Source: Podarcis cretensis | Taxonomy: Eukaryota | Reading direction: 5' to 3' | Length of the DNA: 64,000 nucleotides | Assembly (NCBI GenBank): GCA_951804945.1 | Contig: OX638150.1 | Location: 43,896,001 to 43,960,000 of the forward strand | Shown: positions 1 through 12,483 of the stretch, piece by piece | Numbering within the stretch: the stretch's first letter is position 1 | Layout of the letters: each line of letters starts with the position of its first letter | Program-made: the position numbers and the translations under genes | Notes under the pieces: model-generated | Database searches by the model: none | Told to the model about the DNA's origin: nothing | Seen by the model: the letters and a program-made list of their open reading frames with translations, nothing else

Positions 1-2826
1 CCTTGTATGGCCAGAATGCCTAGTAACCTACAGTTACTTCAGCTTCCCTTCTGATAGGGAGTGCAGTTCATCTCCTTGAGCAGCCTGGACCTTGTTTTTA
101 TTCCATGCAGAAGATACCATCTGCCTGGGAATGCAAATGGTGTCATACCAACAATTATTTGAAGCATGTGTGGTTCCACAAAATGCGTTCCGTAAATAAC
201 ACTGGGGCTTTTATTCCCTAGTGCAGATTTTCTTTTGTATTCCCTTCCATTTGTTTATTCTTAAGGCGTTTATATGCAGCTTAATCATAAGCATTTCCAC
301 CAAGTATTTTGTGAGAGGACTGCGACCTAAGCTGCAGAGCAGCTAAAATAGCATTTGGAGGTGGCCTTCTCCATAGGAAGCACAAAATAAGTTTTTTTTT
401 TAAAAAAATAAATACAGCACGTCCATCATACGATGCTCTAATTTGCCATGCTCATGAAAATCATATGCAAATTGTATTTCATGTGGATTAGCACTGAACT
501 TTCAGCTCCTGCAGCTTTTCTCGAGGTGCCCCTCTGTCGGAGAAGGTGCTCCACCTTGGCTGTTGCTTTGCTGATCTCCAAAGTGCAGAGAGAAAAGAGG
601 TGAATTTGTGTGTCTAGTGAGAGCAGCTTCTGCGTGGTGAATAAGCCTGATGGGAAAACTCTTTGAGGACGAAAGCGTGCATGGTGGAGATCGGCGCTGT
701 TAAACAGAGTGCCTGCCCATGTTGCTTGAGTGCCCTGTGCTCAGTTTATCTGCCAGCAATGCAGCCTAGTAGTTGTGTTTTGGATACAGTGGGAGAAGAA
801 GGAGATACCGGAGGCTTTGAAAGATTACTAGGGCTGCATCTCTATTAGTCCCCTATGCTCTGGTGTTTATCTTGGCACAGGTCAGTCTGTGAGGCTCTTG
901 TGCAATTGGACATGGTCGATTAGTTCCATAAGCTGGATTCATGGAGTCTGACCAAGCCAATGTGAATAGAAAATGCCTTCATCGGGTTCACTGTTTAAGG
1001 GGTGCTCTCAGCTCAAATGGTGTAATGGAGAGTTATTTCTGTGGCAAGAGATGCTTTTAACACCTGGGGCTTTGTCGTAATGAGGCAAATGGTGTGTTTC
1101 TGCTCTTTCCCCCTTGTTGCTTCTGTTCAGCCAACCATTTTCTTGTTCGGTTGTCATCTGCAATTCTGGCTGCAGCAGTGGTTGAAGATGTGTGGGGAGG
1201 GGAGCATAATTAGGAAGGGAAATGGCTGGAGAATCCAACCCCCTTGAGCCAACCCAGTCTTGTATACAGTATACTGTCTCTCACAGCAGCTAGCGTAAGA
1301 AACCTATTACAAGAAAGGTAGAAGAGCCCTCTAGTGGTCATAGAAAGGATGTTTTCACACATATATTGGGTATCTTAATCTGCAACAGAAATTTTCTGAA
1401 GCCCTAAAGCTGGGCTGGGGAGCCTGTGTCCCCCAGAAGTTGCTGGACTCTAACTCCCATAATCCCAGACCATTAACCATATTGGCTGAGGCTTATGAAT
1501 GGCCCACTTTAACTGATTCCGCAGCCCCTCAGTATGCACTCCAGATCTCATGAAGGGAACCCTCTTAAAGGAAGCAAGGGGCACCCAAAAATAAAGTAAT
1601 GATTTCTGCATACTCAGAGGACTCTCTGGGAGACATGCAGAGGTGTGTAAGTTTGTGAGCTGAAAGAGAGAACAACTTTTTGAAAAGAGAAAAAAGCATT
1701 GTGGGCATTTTAAGACCTTTGGAATGTCAGTGACAAACAGAAAAATAGACTATTTACTGGTGCAGTTCATCTCTGTCTGAAGAGGGAAATTCTAGGTTCA
1801 TGTTGCACCCCAAAAGTAAGAGGTGCTGTCTTTTTGCTGCTAGCCTCTTCTGGGAGGGGGTTGGGAGCCAGGGTGGGGTCCGTGCTGCTGTTGCTGTCCA
1901 TTTACAGCAATGTTAAAATCCTGGGTTTCCTTCATTGTTTTATGTGAGCAGCTCTTAGTTCTGCCCTGGAGGATGGAAAAAGTGGGTCAGATTGGAAGTT
2001 GGGCATGCTGTGTTAGTCTAGCAATTATGTCTATGGCTGCAGGCTGTTGAGCCATAGAATGATGGTGTCAGTTAAAAGTGGCAAACAGAGGGGGAGGTTG
2101 GGGGATGCATGCCATGAGGCTAAAATATTTTCACCCTATATATTCCTCTATTTTGGTAATAATAATCTAAAAAAGGTGCTCGTACTCATTTCTTGATAAA
2201 AGTGCTGTGGGTACCAGCACCAAATGGCTGCCTTGGCAGCAAAAGGTGCCTGCACTCCATATTTGTGAGTGCTGTCCTCCCAGAAGCAATATATACACAC
2301 ATGCATACATAGATTTCAATAAACGCTTGGATTCAGGACTGGCAACCAGCCCTGAACCCTGGGCAAGTTAGCATTTTATAGCAGGCTCAGGGAATGTTTA
2401 TAACATGTGGGAAAGCAAAAATATGTGAATCTTGAATAGTATTGCTGGCCTCCTGTTTCAGGGTATGTGGAACCCTGAACATTTAGAATTATTTTTTCTG
2501 GATGCCCAAGTAGCTGAATTAAATCCAAAGGCGTGCCAGATACATTAAAATTGAGAAAAGGTGAAGCCCATTCCTTTGTTTTTCAGATCTAGCAAAAAGA
2601 TTGTAAAATGCTGACCTACATCTCCCATCATTCTTGACTGTTCCTGACCATTCTGGCTCAGGCTTATGGGAACTGGAGCCTAGGGACACCTGGAGGGCCA
2701 CAAAACTTACCAGAATGCTGCTGCCTTTTGCAAACCTGCTTCAAAGCATTCTGGTCAGTGAGAGTGCTTCAGAAAGGAAAGCTGAATCTGCTCTTCCCCA
2801 GCCTTCTCAACTCAGGCTTTGGGTAC

Positions 2827-3260
2827 TGTGATGGTTCTAGGGGTTGCTCGTGTGTAAATCGGCTCCACACCTGGCTGGGTTGCCTGAGTGAACCCTTTCT
2901 GTCCGGACAGCCACTCACCCGTGGCTGTCTCAATCGCTGGCAGAATCCGTCAGTGGGCGTTTCTTGAACTTCTTCCAGCAAAGAAGCTCTTTGACGCCTA
3001 ATCTCTGCCTACTCTCCCTGCGCGGAAGCCTCCTGCGCAGGGAGGGCGTGGGCAGCGGAGGACCCATGCTCTCCTCGCCGGTCCCCGGTGAGGAGTCATG
3101 AAGCCACCTCGCCGATTCCCCCATCTGCCCCCCTTCTCCACTGGTGCTACGCTGATTTCCTTCCCCAGAAGATGGGCTGCTTCTCTCCCTCCTGGGGCGC
3201 TCTCCGGAATCCCTCCGGAGCCCTCCCTCTCCCTCTGGCTCCGATGGCAGTTCCCTGACA
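2827..3260. mobile_element. 434-bp TG...CA element with 5-bp target-site duplication (solo LTR or other integrase-type non-autonomous element)
   Basis: Begins TGTGATGG and ends CCCTGACA (imperfect inverted termini). Flanked by perfect GGTAC repeats at 2822-2826 and 3261-3265. CpG-rich relative to the flanking intron. Confidence 0.75.
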
Positions 3261-3330
3261 GGTACCATGGCCACAGAATACAGTTCTTCGTGTTGGGTCT
3301 GTAATAGAGGGGGAGGGAACAGCTGTCTTT

Positions 3331-3532
3331 GGAAAGGGCCATAGCTCAGTGGCAGAGCATATACTTCTTTCTGCATTGAAGGTCCCAAATTCAATTGCTT
3401 GTACCGCTAGCAAGGTTGAAAAAGTGTCTCACCTGCCACCCTGTGGAGTTGCTGGCAGTCAAGTGTTGCAGGCATTGCTGAGCAAGATGGGCCAGTGGGC
3501 TGATTTTGGCACAAGACAGCTTCTACTACTTA
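3331..3532 (+). mobile_element. tRNA-derived SINE (Squam3-like), degenerate
   Basis: A-box-like TAGCTCAGTGGCAGAGC, B-box-like GGTCCCAAATTCAAT, then a body and tail resembling squamate Squam3 SINEs (recognised from memory). Confidence 0.7.
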
Positions 3533-3789
3533 GAAAACATTTATTAGATGTGCGTTCCAGCACAGAAGGCCTCCGCTGCATGGAGTTCAAATAATGGTTT
3601 AAAGCAAATCTATCAAATAAGCCGCTAGACGAAATTTCATGAAATGATAGGGGCCATTAGTGTGGGAGATGAAGAAAATGTGGGTAGAGCTTGTTGGGTT
3701 AAAAATAGGGCTAGCTGAACATGCCCACGCCTGCCTTGTACTGTAGGGGAGTGCTCAGACTCCCAATAACTTTTTGTTTCTTAAAAAAA

Positions 3790-4480
3790 GAAATCTACAA
3801 AATGGTGTGAGCATTTCTTCAAAGGCACTCTTCAAGCTGGATGATTCAGAAGCACTGCAGAATGGCAGGTGAGCTTCAGAGTGAGCGAGCGCCTCGTGTT
3901 CCACATTGGGATACACAAACTCCTGCACAGACACTGATGGGATCTAAATGAGCTGTCACTACTGCCAGCGAGGTCTTGGGGTCATGGTAGAAAGCGCAGT
4001 GACGTCATCTCAGTGTGCTGGCACAGTGGAGGAAAAGCAAATCTGATACTGGGAATTACTATAAAAAGGGGCTGAAAATGAAATGGCAAGTACGCCAGGA
4101 TGAGACTCTGGTATGGCTGTGCTTGGAATGCCAATGGAGTTCTAGTGGCCTGGTTTTGAACAAGAGATCACAGAAGGGGAGGAAAGTAAAGAAATGGGTG
4201 GCTAAAGATATTCAGGTGGGTGGGACTTCCTTCGAAGAGAGGTTTAGGCCGCACACTTATTTAGTTCACAAAATTAGGAATGGTTTGAAAGAAACCAAAA
4301 CAATGGAGTTTGAAGTTCTCTAATACTTTGACAGCAAGTTCAGGACAAATTAAAGCAAGCACTGTTTTCAACTTATGGAATTCATCCCACAGTTTGGAAG
4401 GCCACTAACACTGTCATTGTCACTGTCAACTGGAATAGGTTTAGTTCCCATAGATGGGTCTATCAATGGCTGTAGGTCAT
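3790..4480 (+). mobile_element. Degenerate CR1 LINE 3' fragment
   Basis: Colinear remnants of the CR1 ORF2 3' end (CACATTGGGA, GTCTTGGGGTCATGGT, TCAGTGTGC, AAAAGCAAAT, TTCAGGACA, CTATCAATGGCT) with many indels. Confidence 0.65.
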
Positions 4481-4793
4481 GGTTTGCAGATGCACTATAT
4501 CTTTCCTTACCAGAGGCAGCGAACAGACAGAGGATGATTATTGAAATCATGTCCTAGTTATCAATTTTCCAGGGGTATGTGGTTGGTCCTGGTTAGAGAC
4601 CATATACTATACTTGATGAACCTAGAATTCTGATCCTGCAAGATTATTGTTGCCAACATCCAACAAGAGGAACAAACAATTACTTGCACTTTCACACTTG
4701 TATTACGTTTTTCCAAGGAACTCAAGGTAACGTATGTGGGATTATCAGTTTTTTCCTCCCAGCAGCCTTGTGAATTAAGTTATGTTGCTTGTG

Positions 4794-5023
4794 TGAATTC
4801 CTATGCCCCACAAATAACCCAAAGATGCATTTTAAATAAAAGCACACATTGTACTCCTGTAAAAACACCAGGCAGGCCCCCACAAATAACCCAGAGATAC
4901 ATTTTAAATAAAAGGACACATTCTACTCCTGTAAAAACACACTGATTCCTGGACTGTCCGTGGGCCGGATTTAGAAGGCGATTGGGCCGGATCTGGCCCC
5001 CGGGCCTTAGTTTGCCTACGCAT
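4794..5023 (+). mobile_element. hAT-type MITE fragment with internal ~70-bp tandem duplication
   Basis: Two copies of CCCCACAAATAACCCA(A/G)AGAT(G/A)CATTTTAAATAAAAG. Same family as the copy at 58775-59005. Confidence 0.7.
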
Positions 5024-5357
5024 GGCCCTTGAGGCCCTTGAGGAATGATGCAAGTTCACTGGGCAAGAAATTGTACAGCAGCCAGTGATGATGAGACATG
5101 TGGTCCAACACCATCTGGTAACCCAAGAATGAGAGGTTGTCTTAAGGAATTTTTTTCCTGTTCCTGGTGGCCTATCTAAATTTTAGCCAAAGTGGTTTTT
5201 TAAACCACAGTTTCTCTTATTTGAAATATACATATTGATGAGACAGTATTGCATCTTTCTCTGATTTGGCATGTAAATGCACATGTTTGAATTGCAATGC
5301 AATGTCTTGAGTTTTGTGTGCCATAACTTGGAAGCCCATATTGCTAGGGGATATCAG

Positions 5358-5823
5358 CTTCATTATGGAGCCAGGCGAACGTTCAGGGCTCACTTTCAGG
5401 CAAAATAAACTCCCAGCCCCTAAACCACACTCTGAACCTAACACTAAACCAAGGTTTATTAAACTATGGTTTATGAAACCACGGCTTAGTGTTTTGTGCA
5501 AAGTCGGCCTAGTGGCTTGACTATGGTTTGTTTACTGCTAACAAACCATGATCTGAAGCTGTGGTTCGTTGCTGGTTTATGACCCTTAGTTTGTTGTAAT
5601 TAAGTTTTGCAACTCTCACCAAGCCAAACACCCTTCCTTAACCATGGTTTGTTTGGCCTCCCCACCCCAGATGCTCACTGAACTACAAAGGCATGAGTTG
5701 AGAGCAGCTGAAAATTGAACCAAACTTTGGAGAAAAACAAGCCATGGTTTGCTTGCTCATCTGTGAGACAACTCATGGCTTGTTTTAACAAACCATGGTT
5801 TAGTGTTCTGTGTGAACCAGGCC
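5358..5823. repeat. Old palindrome-rich repeat, probable non-autonomous DNA transposon
   Basis: Many copies and variants of the palindrome AACCATGGTT; ends GTGTGAACCAGGCC. Family assignment is an inference. Confidence 0.45.
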
Positions 5824-6765
5824 TCTGTCTGGAGAACAGAGCAGCCATCAAGAATGCAGAATTGTTCCCTCCCTTTGCCTAGACCTCAAGACAGGGTTGA
5901 TGGTTTAGAGTGCAGTTGGAGGCTCTTGGGCATGACGCAGGAGCGACTGACGGCCTGAGGTTAGATGAGATCATAGTGCTCAGCCTGGCCTTAAGGCCTG
6001 TGGTGCTCTGTCGCTGTCGGGGGTCCCTCATGGCTTATGGAAGAGGTCAGTGTTCTGGAGATGGGGAGGGGTGATTGCTGCCCCTTTTTGGAGGGGGGCC
6101 CATGGAGCTAAAATAGAATGCTGAGATGGCCCTAGGAAGGGGGGAAGAGCTGCCAGAATTTTCTTACGTGGCAAAAGAAATCTCCTTGAGGAGTGGGGAG
6201 GGGGCTGGGATCTGTGCAGGAAGGTGTAAGCTGGTGGCGCTCTGTAAGTAATGTGGATAAAGCAGGAGACAAAGGGAAAGTAGGTCAGACAGGCTGAGCT
6301 GCAGCTCCACGTCTGTTTGTGTGCGTGTCTCGGGGAAATCCAGCCGCTCTGTGCTGCAGCATGAAGGAATTGGGTGGGAGGATTGCTGTGAAGGTTTGGA
6401 GTGGGAGGATGCTATGAAAGCATCCCCAGACCGCGCCTGGCCATGTTCCCTTTGTGTCAGGTACCTCTCCTGTAGGAAATAAGAGGCTGGTGCAAAGCAA
6501 CCTTGTTTCAGGGGCTCCTCCATTTTACTGTCTTCTGATCTCATGCCAGGAGAAGCTGCATCTCCATGATGGGAGGGGGGAACTGAAAATGAGCTTTTTC
6601 TGGTGGATGCAGGGGCAGACTTCACATTCTGAACTGGGAGCCAGGATCCCTGGAATCTGTAGTCAGGCTCCATTTCTTTAGATGGTAGCGAACTGTTCAG
6701 CAAATTTACCCTGGCTGAGGAGTGCTTGCTCGGCCTTTTCTGCTTCTCTTTGCTTTATGCAGATA

Positions 6766-7015
6766 CAGTCGTACCTTGGATCCCAAATGCTTTGAAACTC
6801 GAATCTTTTGGCTCCCGAACCCTGCAAACCCGGAAGTGAGTCTTCTGGTTTGCGAATGTTCTTAGGAAGCCGAACATCTGATGTAGGTTCCGCGGGTTCC
6901 GATTGCGTGCAGGAAGCTCCTGCAGCTAATCGGAAGCCGCGCCTTGGTTGTTGAGTGTTTTGGAAGTTGAACGGACTTCCGGAATGGATTCCGTTTGGCT
7001 TCCAATGTATGGCTG
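6766..7015. mobile_element. Tc1/mariner (Tigger-like) MITE
   Basis: TA|CAGTCGTACCTTGGA ... TCCAATGTATGGCTG|TA: degenerate TIRs with a TA duplication. Confidence 0.7.
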
Positions 7016-7429
7016 TATATGCTGTGCTTGGCCCCAGTGGATGATGGGATCTTGAGGGCTTAGTTTGTAAGGTTGTTGTTTCATAGACTCATAGAGGTGG
7101 CAACTGCCAACTGCAGTATTGTTGATAGGTGGCCAGCCAGCCTACTGTTCTTGATGCTGATATTTAGTTGTTTTTCTCACAGAGTGACCCGAAGAAACTT
7201 CCATTGAAAACAATAACAAAAAACACAGCAATACAATTAAAAGGCAGGTCTGATAGATTCCCAGCCAACATGAAAAGAGGCCACAATCCCCCCCCCCCCA
7301 TTTTAAGGACCCAAAGCCTGGGTGAAGAGAAAAGTCTAAATATAGATAAAGATGGCACCATGCATGCCTCCCTGGGGATAGCATTTCACAACAGGGAGCC
7401 ACCACTGAAAAGGCCTTAATGAAAGTCAT

Positions 7430-7730
7430 CTACCCCTTCCAAAGCAGTCTGCTTTACTGTTGAACATGTTATGCCATCAGGAAGTTCTTCCTGATGTTTG
7501 GTCTAAATCAAATCCTTTTTCTTGTAATCTAAACCCATTAATTCAGGTGCTATCTTCTGGAACAACAGAAAACAAAGTTGCTCCATCTATGTAACAGAGG
7601 GCTATTGCATTGCCTCTTGGTAGTCTGTTCTCCAGGATGTAAAATTCACTGACTCCTTCAACCTTCCCCCAAAGGGTTTGGTTTCCAGGCTCTTCATCAT
7701 CATGGTTGCCCCTCTCAGAAAACATTCCAG
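7430..7730 (-). mobile_element. Degenerate CR1 LINE fragment
   Basis: Reverse-complement CR1 3' motifs (TCAGGAAGTTCTTCCTGATGTT, AACAAAGTTGCTCCATCT). A similar fragment lies at ~47100-47330. Confidence 0.55.
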
Positions 7731-9323
7731 GAGCGAGGCAACCCTTTAGAAAGTGGGGGTGTGAAAATTGTTTGGGGTTCCTTCCCAGCTCAGCAAGGGG
7801 TACCAGTCTAAGAATGCACCCAGCCCCTTCCTAGTTAATCAAGCAGTACTGCTTTGCCAGTGAACACAACCTTTTGGTGTTGGCAGAACGCTGTGTTACA
7901 TAGATGGAGAAGCTGGAAGAGGGAGTTTAGTATGCCAATTCTGCTTTCTAAAGCCCAGCCCTGAGCTACTTCTGGAAATATCCTCTGCCAGAGTCCCCAA
8001 AACTCTAGTTTATATCATGACAAAAAAAACCAAAACTAAACTTGGATGATGTTCAGCTTGCATAATACACAGAATTAGCATATAATTATTTGATCACTTT
8101 TAATCAGCCAAATTTATTTAATTAACTGATTAGATTATGACTCCAATTGTCTTCAGAACCCGCACAAGTGGTAACAGCATGGGGTATTATTTCTATTGTG
8201 CAGCTGGAGTAGAGAGAAAAGGATGGGGTTCATGGGATACAGGTGAATGATTAGGATGAGTTAAGGGTAATTCTCTCTCTCATTTACCTGTTTACCTCTA
8301 GATCCTTTAGAAGACATTGAATCCACCTTCCTAAGCTTTATCTTTCCTTTGTGGCCATGACTGCTAGAAACTGTCTAATTTGAGGCAGTCACGTCCAGTT
8401 GGGTGTTCTCATCTGCAGCTATATTTGACATGTTTCTGTCGGCAGTAGATGGGTTTTTCAGCCCCAAACCTGTTTGGACATGGAGCATTTCCTTGGTTCT
8501 GTGAATTTTCTGCTCTCAAGAACCCTCTTTGTCATTGTGCTTGGTGCCATTACATACCCGTAGCTTCAAAAAACCTGATTATGCAATTTAGAGAGTGTAC
8601 AACTATCTACGTGGTAGCCTTCCTGCTTTGGATACATGGAATGTGTTGGAGCACCAGGTAGTTTCTCTTAGACACAAGACTACCTTCCAGGTTGGATCTG
8701 ATCTTTTGTACATTATAGAACACAAGGTATGCAGTGTCCATGCCATGGCTGCTGGTGTCTGCATACAGGTCATCAGTTGGTTTGTAGTCAGGATGATATT
8801 GGGAGCCCTTAGTTCAGTGCTGGTGGATGTGTGGCTCTCTAAATGTCTATTCCAGCTTCAGCTAGTGAGAAGGTGGGAATTGCAGTCCAGCAGCATCTGG
8901 AGGGCCACAGGTCCCCTCTCCCCCATGTTTCAGTCACTGTCTCAGCACATGGCAGGTGCTTTAACCATGAGTAGCTCACCTGTGACTGGGAAACTTTAGA
9001 GTCTCTGAGTCTTGAATGATTCCACTTTACCTCTCATGATTGACATTATTGGCTGAAATCCAGAAGGGCCCATGCTTCCCCAGATTCTTCTCAGAATTTC
9101 ATTCCACAGCTCCTAAATGTCTCTTTCAAAAATAAGTTTGGGGGTTGTGGCATGAGAACCTTTTTGAAGGGGAGAAGCTGCTAAGAAGGGGAGAAGCTGC
9201 CAGTACATGGAACTGCCAGTCTTAAAAGTCTCTAGTGGTGTGTGTGTATTTTTGAAACTTGCAGAGCACCTTCTGAGTTGGAAACTGAGGAGAAAATGTG
9301 TGCATGCAAACAGATGGGACATA

Positions 9324-9499
9324 CAGTGGTACCTCGGGTTAAGTACTTAATTCGTTCCGGAGGTCCGTTCTTAACCTGAAACTGTCCTTAACCTGAAGAC
9401 CACTTTAGCTAATGGGGCCTCCTGCTGCTGCTGCACCGCCGGAGCACGATTTCTGTTCTCATCCTGAAGCAAAGTTCTTAACCCGAGGTATTATTTCTG
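9324..9499 (+). mobile_element. Tc1/mariner MITE, truncated copy
   Basis: TA|CAGTGGTACCTCGGGTTAAG start; highly similar to the full copy at 32860-33084. Confidence 0.75.
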
Positions 9500-10343
9500 C
9501 ACAATGGCTTCTGTATGTGCAACAGGGCTTCCCCCTCTCCCACATGCACCCTGAAATTGTCTCGAAAAGGTTGGGGTACCCCCAGAACAGCATGGAGGAG
9601 AGGGAGGGAGATGGTTCCATCTGGCAAGTGGAAATCCTTGTATAGGCAGAGCGTTTGTCATGGTGCAGCATTGAATTTCACATCTGTATGACTCCTCAAA
9701 AGCCTTGCAAATGAGTGGCATGGATGTGGAGAGAGTGGGGCCTGCCTTCCTTTTTCATGGGTTTACTTATTCCCTGCTCTTGCTTTAAAAGGCTGGAGGT
9801 CCCAATGTGGCCCAAAGTTGTCTGTGACTTGCAAGGATTGGGCACAGGTTGGCCCCCAAAATAAGCAACATGGTGACAGAGCTAAAGCTGAGCAGCCGTG
9901 ATCTTTAGCAGAGGTGACCGGTTGCTACTGTATTCTCCAGGCTGGATTTAGGGCTCCAGTGGTAACACAGACTTCTCAGATATTGATTGTGCATATTTCC
10001 ACAGGCCAGCAGTTGGCCATTTCTCATCTAGAGTCTCATGGCTGAGCCTAAAAGAGGGGGCTGTGTGTCTGCTCTCTGCCCTCCAGGGAATGTTTGCTCC
10101 TTGGGAATCCGACTTGTTGAAAGGTGTTGTCTTCCCCTTTCTGGCCTTCCTGCTGGGAATGCATCCTCCGTTCCTGGTGATTCAGCAAATAGACCCATCA
10201 AAGAAATGAGAGCTGGCAGACTTGAAGGGGACTCCTGTTTCCCAACATAGCCTCTTTGACTCCTAAGGAGTGTTCAGCAGCTCAAGCCTTCAGGCAACAT
10301 GCTCTCTTGTCAATGCTCTTTCTCTGCCTCTGCTTACTTACAG

Positions 10344-10405
10344 TGAAGGAGTTTCTTGCCAAAGCCAAAGAAGAGTTCCTCAAGAAATGGGAGAACCCGT
10401 TGCAG
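10344..10405 (+). CDS. PRKACA: PKA catalytic subunit alpha, exon 2 (phase-1 entry; VKEFLAKAKEEFLKKWENPLQ)
   Basis: Pyrimidine tract + CAG acceptor, GTATG donor, 62 nt; encodes the PKA A-helix. Confidence 0.96.
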
Positions 10406-10660
10406 GTATGACACCTCTCTTCTCGTCTTGATATTTTGCCTTCCTTCCTTTATCTAGCCATAGCAGCCTGGGTCTTGTTGCTTCTAAGCTCTTAGGCCTG
10501 ATTTGAAACTGACCTGGTTTGCATGCAGCCATCAGCCAGAGTTAGACAACTTATGGCTTCGCAGGAATGTGCATGTGTGTTGGTGCACACGGTTTAAATC
10601 GCTCCCGTGTACCCTGCCTCCTTTTGATGTGCTGGAAAGAAAACAGACCAGGGTTTCAAG

Positions 10661-10734
10661 AATACATGTGTACAGTTTCACACAATACATGTGTACAGTT
10701 TAAGCTCAGAATATGTGTGTACCGTTTCACACAA
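10661..10734. repeat. Short tandem duplication (~23-26 bp unit, 2 near-exact + 1 degenerate copy)
   Basis: AATACATGTGTACAGTTT at 10661 and 10684; degenerate copy at 10710. Confidence 0.7.
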
Positions 10735-10834
10735 CTGGTGTTGCATTTAAGTAAGGGATACACTGCCTAACTTGAATGCTATAGTGTGCTGCATGCATTG
10801 AAACGACTGCCTTTATATTAAATTCATTAGTCCA

Positions 10835-10985
10835 TAGTTCTCCCCATTTTATCCTCACAGCAGTCCTGTAAGGTAGGTTAGGCTGAGAAACTGCAACTGG
10901 CCCATTGAGCTTCATGGCTGAGTGGGGATATGAACCCTGGTGTGCTGGGTCCAGGTCTGACACTCTGATCACTCTGGCTCTCCTG
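10835..10985 (-). mobile_element. MIR/CORE-like SINE fragment
   Basis: ATCCTCACAGCAGTCCTGTAAGGTAGG...GAGCTTCATGGCTGAG...GAACCCTGG pattern. A related + strand copy lies at ~15340-15550. Confidence 0.5.
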
Positions 10986-12256
10986 TACTGACTGTGTGGA
11001 AGCCCATTTAGGTCTGCATTCACTTGTTTTTTATGTGTATAAAATGTGACCAGTGTAACTTTTTAAAACAAGGCTTTGGAAGGATCTTGCCAAACCTTTG
11101 TTATTGCTAGTTACACCAAAGGCAAAAGTCTTGATGCTGGTGGGCATCCTAAATTATCCTGCTGAAGAAATAGGCGCTGAGACAGGTGTTTCAGTCCCCA
11201 GGTTATTCTGGAATTGCCCCTTTTCTAGGAATAATTTTGCAGGGGTACAATACAGGGGGAGAGTGAGGTGTCCAAGATGGAAACACAGGAAGAGAGTCAG
11301 CTTTGCATTAGTTTACCTTTTGTAGTTCTAAGACACTTTGGAAGATGTGTCTGACAGTAAGGTTTGCCAGTGCCCGGGTTGCTTGCATGACAAGGAACAA
11401 ATAGTCAAGATCTTTCCAAATTACTAAGCAAGGCTCAGAAGCCCTTCACCTATCACATATACTCTTTGGTGTTAGCAGACCATATTACAGAAAGGGGAAT
11501 GCAATCTCCCTCTAGCTGAATAAGGTATTTTCTTCCCTGCAATATCTGATGAATACCTCACTGCTCAACTAACAGGTCTGATGCTTTAGCTTTTCAGCAA
11601 ATAACTCCCAGAAGGTGACTGCCAAAATAACTGCTTCATGGCAATAAAATGACTGTGTAAATTGGCCCGGAAATTTGGATGCTCTCGCTGTTTTGGCTTG
11701 TTCCATTTGCTGCCCCCTACATAAAGGTGTCATTACATCTGGTTGTATTTTGCAATAAGTGTGATATTTGGGGATATTACTGTTTTTTTTGTCAGGCTCT
11801 AAGGCTTAACCTGTTGCTGCTAGTTTCTAGGTTATTACAGATAGTGTAGTGAGTGTTGGGTGTATGTACAGTCCTTTTTGTGGATTGAGTTTGATTTTCT
11901 TGCTGTTCAGTATGCAGGAGGATTGTATGTCTTTCTCTCTAAAAACTCTTGCCTTTTGCGCCCTCTTGTGGTAAAAAGCTATCTGTGTCTCAAACCCCAA
12001 GAACGCTGCAAGTTTCAGGGAGAAGAGTTGGCACGCTACAGGGATGATCCTCTTCAATAACAGTTGCTGCTTTAATATGGCATGGGAAGACATGGTACTG
12101 CCTGAAGGGTTATCTTTAAAATGAAACTAGTAAGCCATCATTTTGAACTCTCACGGCCACTTAAGGGTCCCCAAAATCTGATGACTAGAGCCTGGTGTCC
12201 TTGACAGATTGTCTTCCTCTGCTTTTTATATTATTATTTTCAAAATCCTTCTTCAG

Positions 12257-12385
12257 AATACGTCCAGCCTGGATCACTTCGACCGGCTCAAGACCCTGGG
12301 TACAGGCTCTTTTGGGCGGGTGATGCTCGTGAAGCACAAGGAGACCGGGAATTACTTTGCCATGAAGATCCTTGACAAGCAGAAA
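12257..12385 (+). CDS. PRKACA: PKA C-alpha exon 3 (Gly-rich loop GTGSFG, AMK lysine)
   Basis: AG/GT bounded, 129 nt; [47 protein letters not shown] is alpha-type (beta has ATEQ). Confidence 0.97.
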
Positions 12386-12483
12386 GTGAGTTTGAGCCTG
12401 TCGTTGAGTTCTGGGAGTTGGTGCCTGAGGTTGGCAAGAGGGAGGCCCAACTGACTCTGGTTGACTTCCTTTCTGTCTCGCAG

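Noticed and set aside
2930-3394. 154-aa minus-strand ORF
   Set aside because: Spans a TG..CA repeat and a SINE; low-complexity, with no recognisable protein.
3841-3874. ATG...ATG GCA G|GTGAGC, a phase-1 mini-exon that could splice to PRKACA exon 2
   Set aside because: It lies within a decayed CR1 and corresponds to the LINE's own AAATGGCA motif, with no promoter-like context. Chance is more likely than for the 5.9-6.4 kb cluster.
6164-6703. 179-aa minus-strand ORF
   Set aside because: No recognisable domain or exon structure; antisense within a PRKACA intron.
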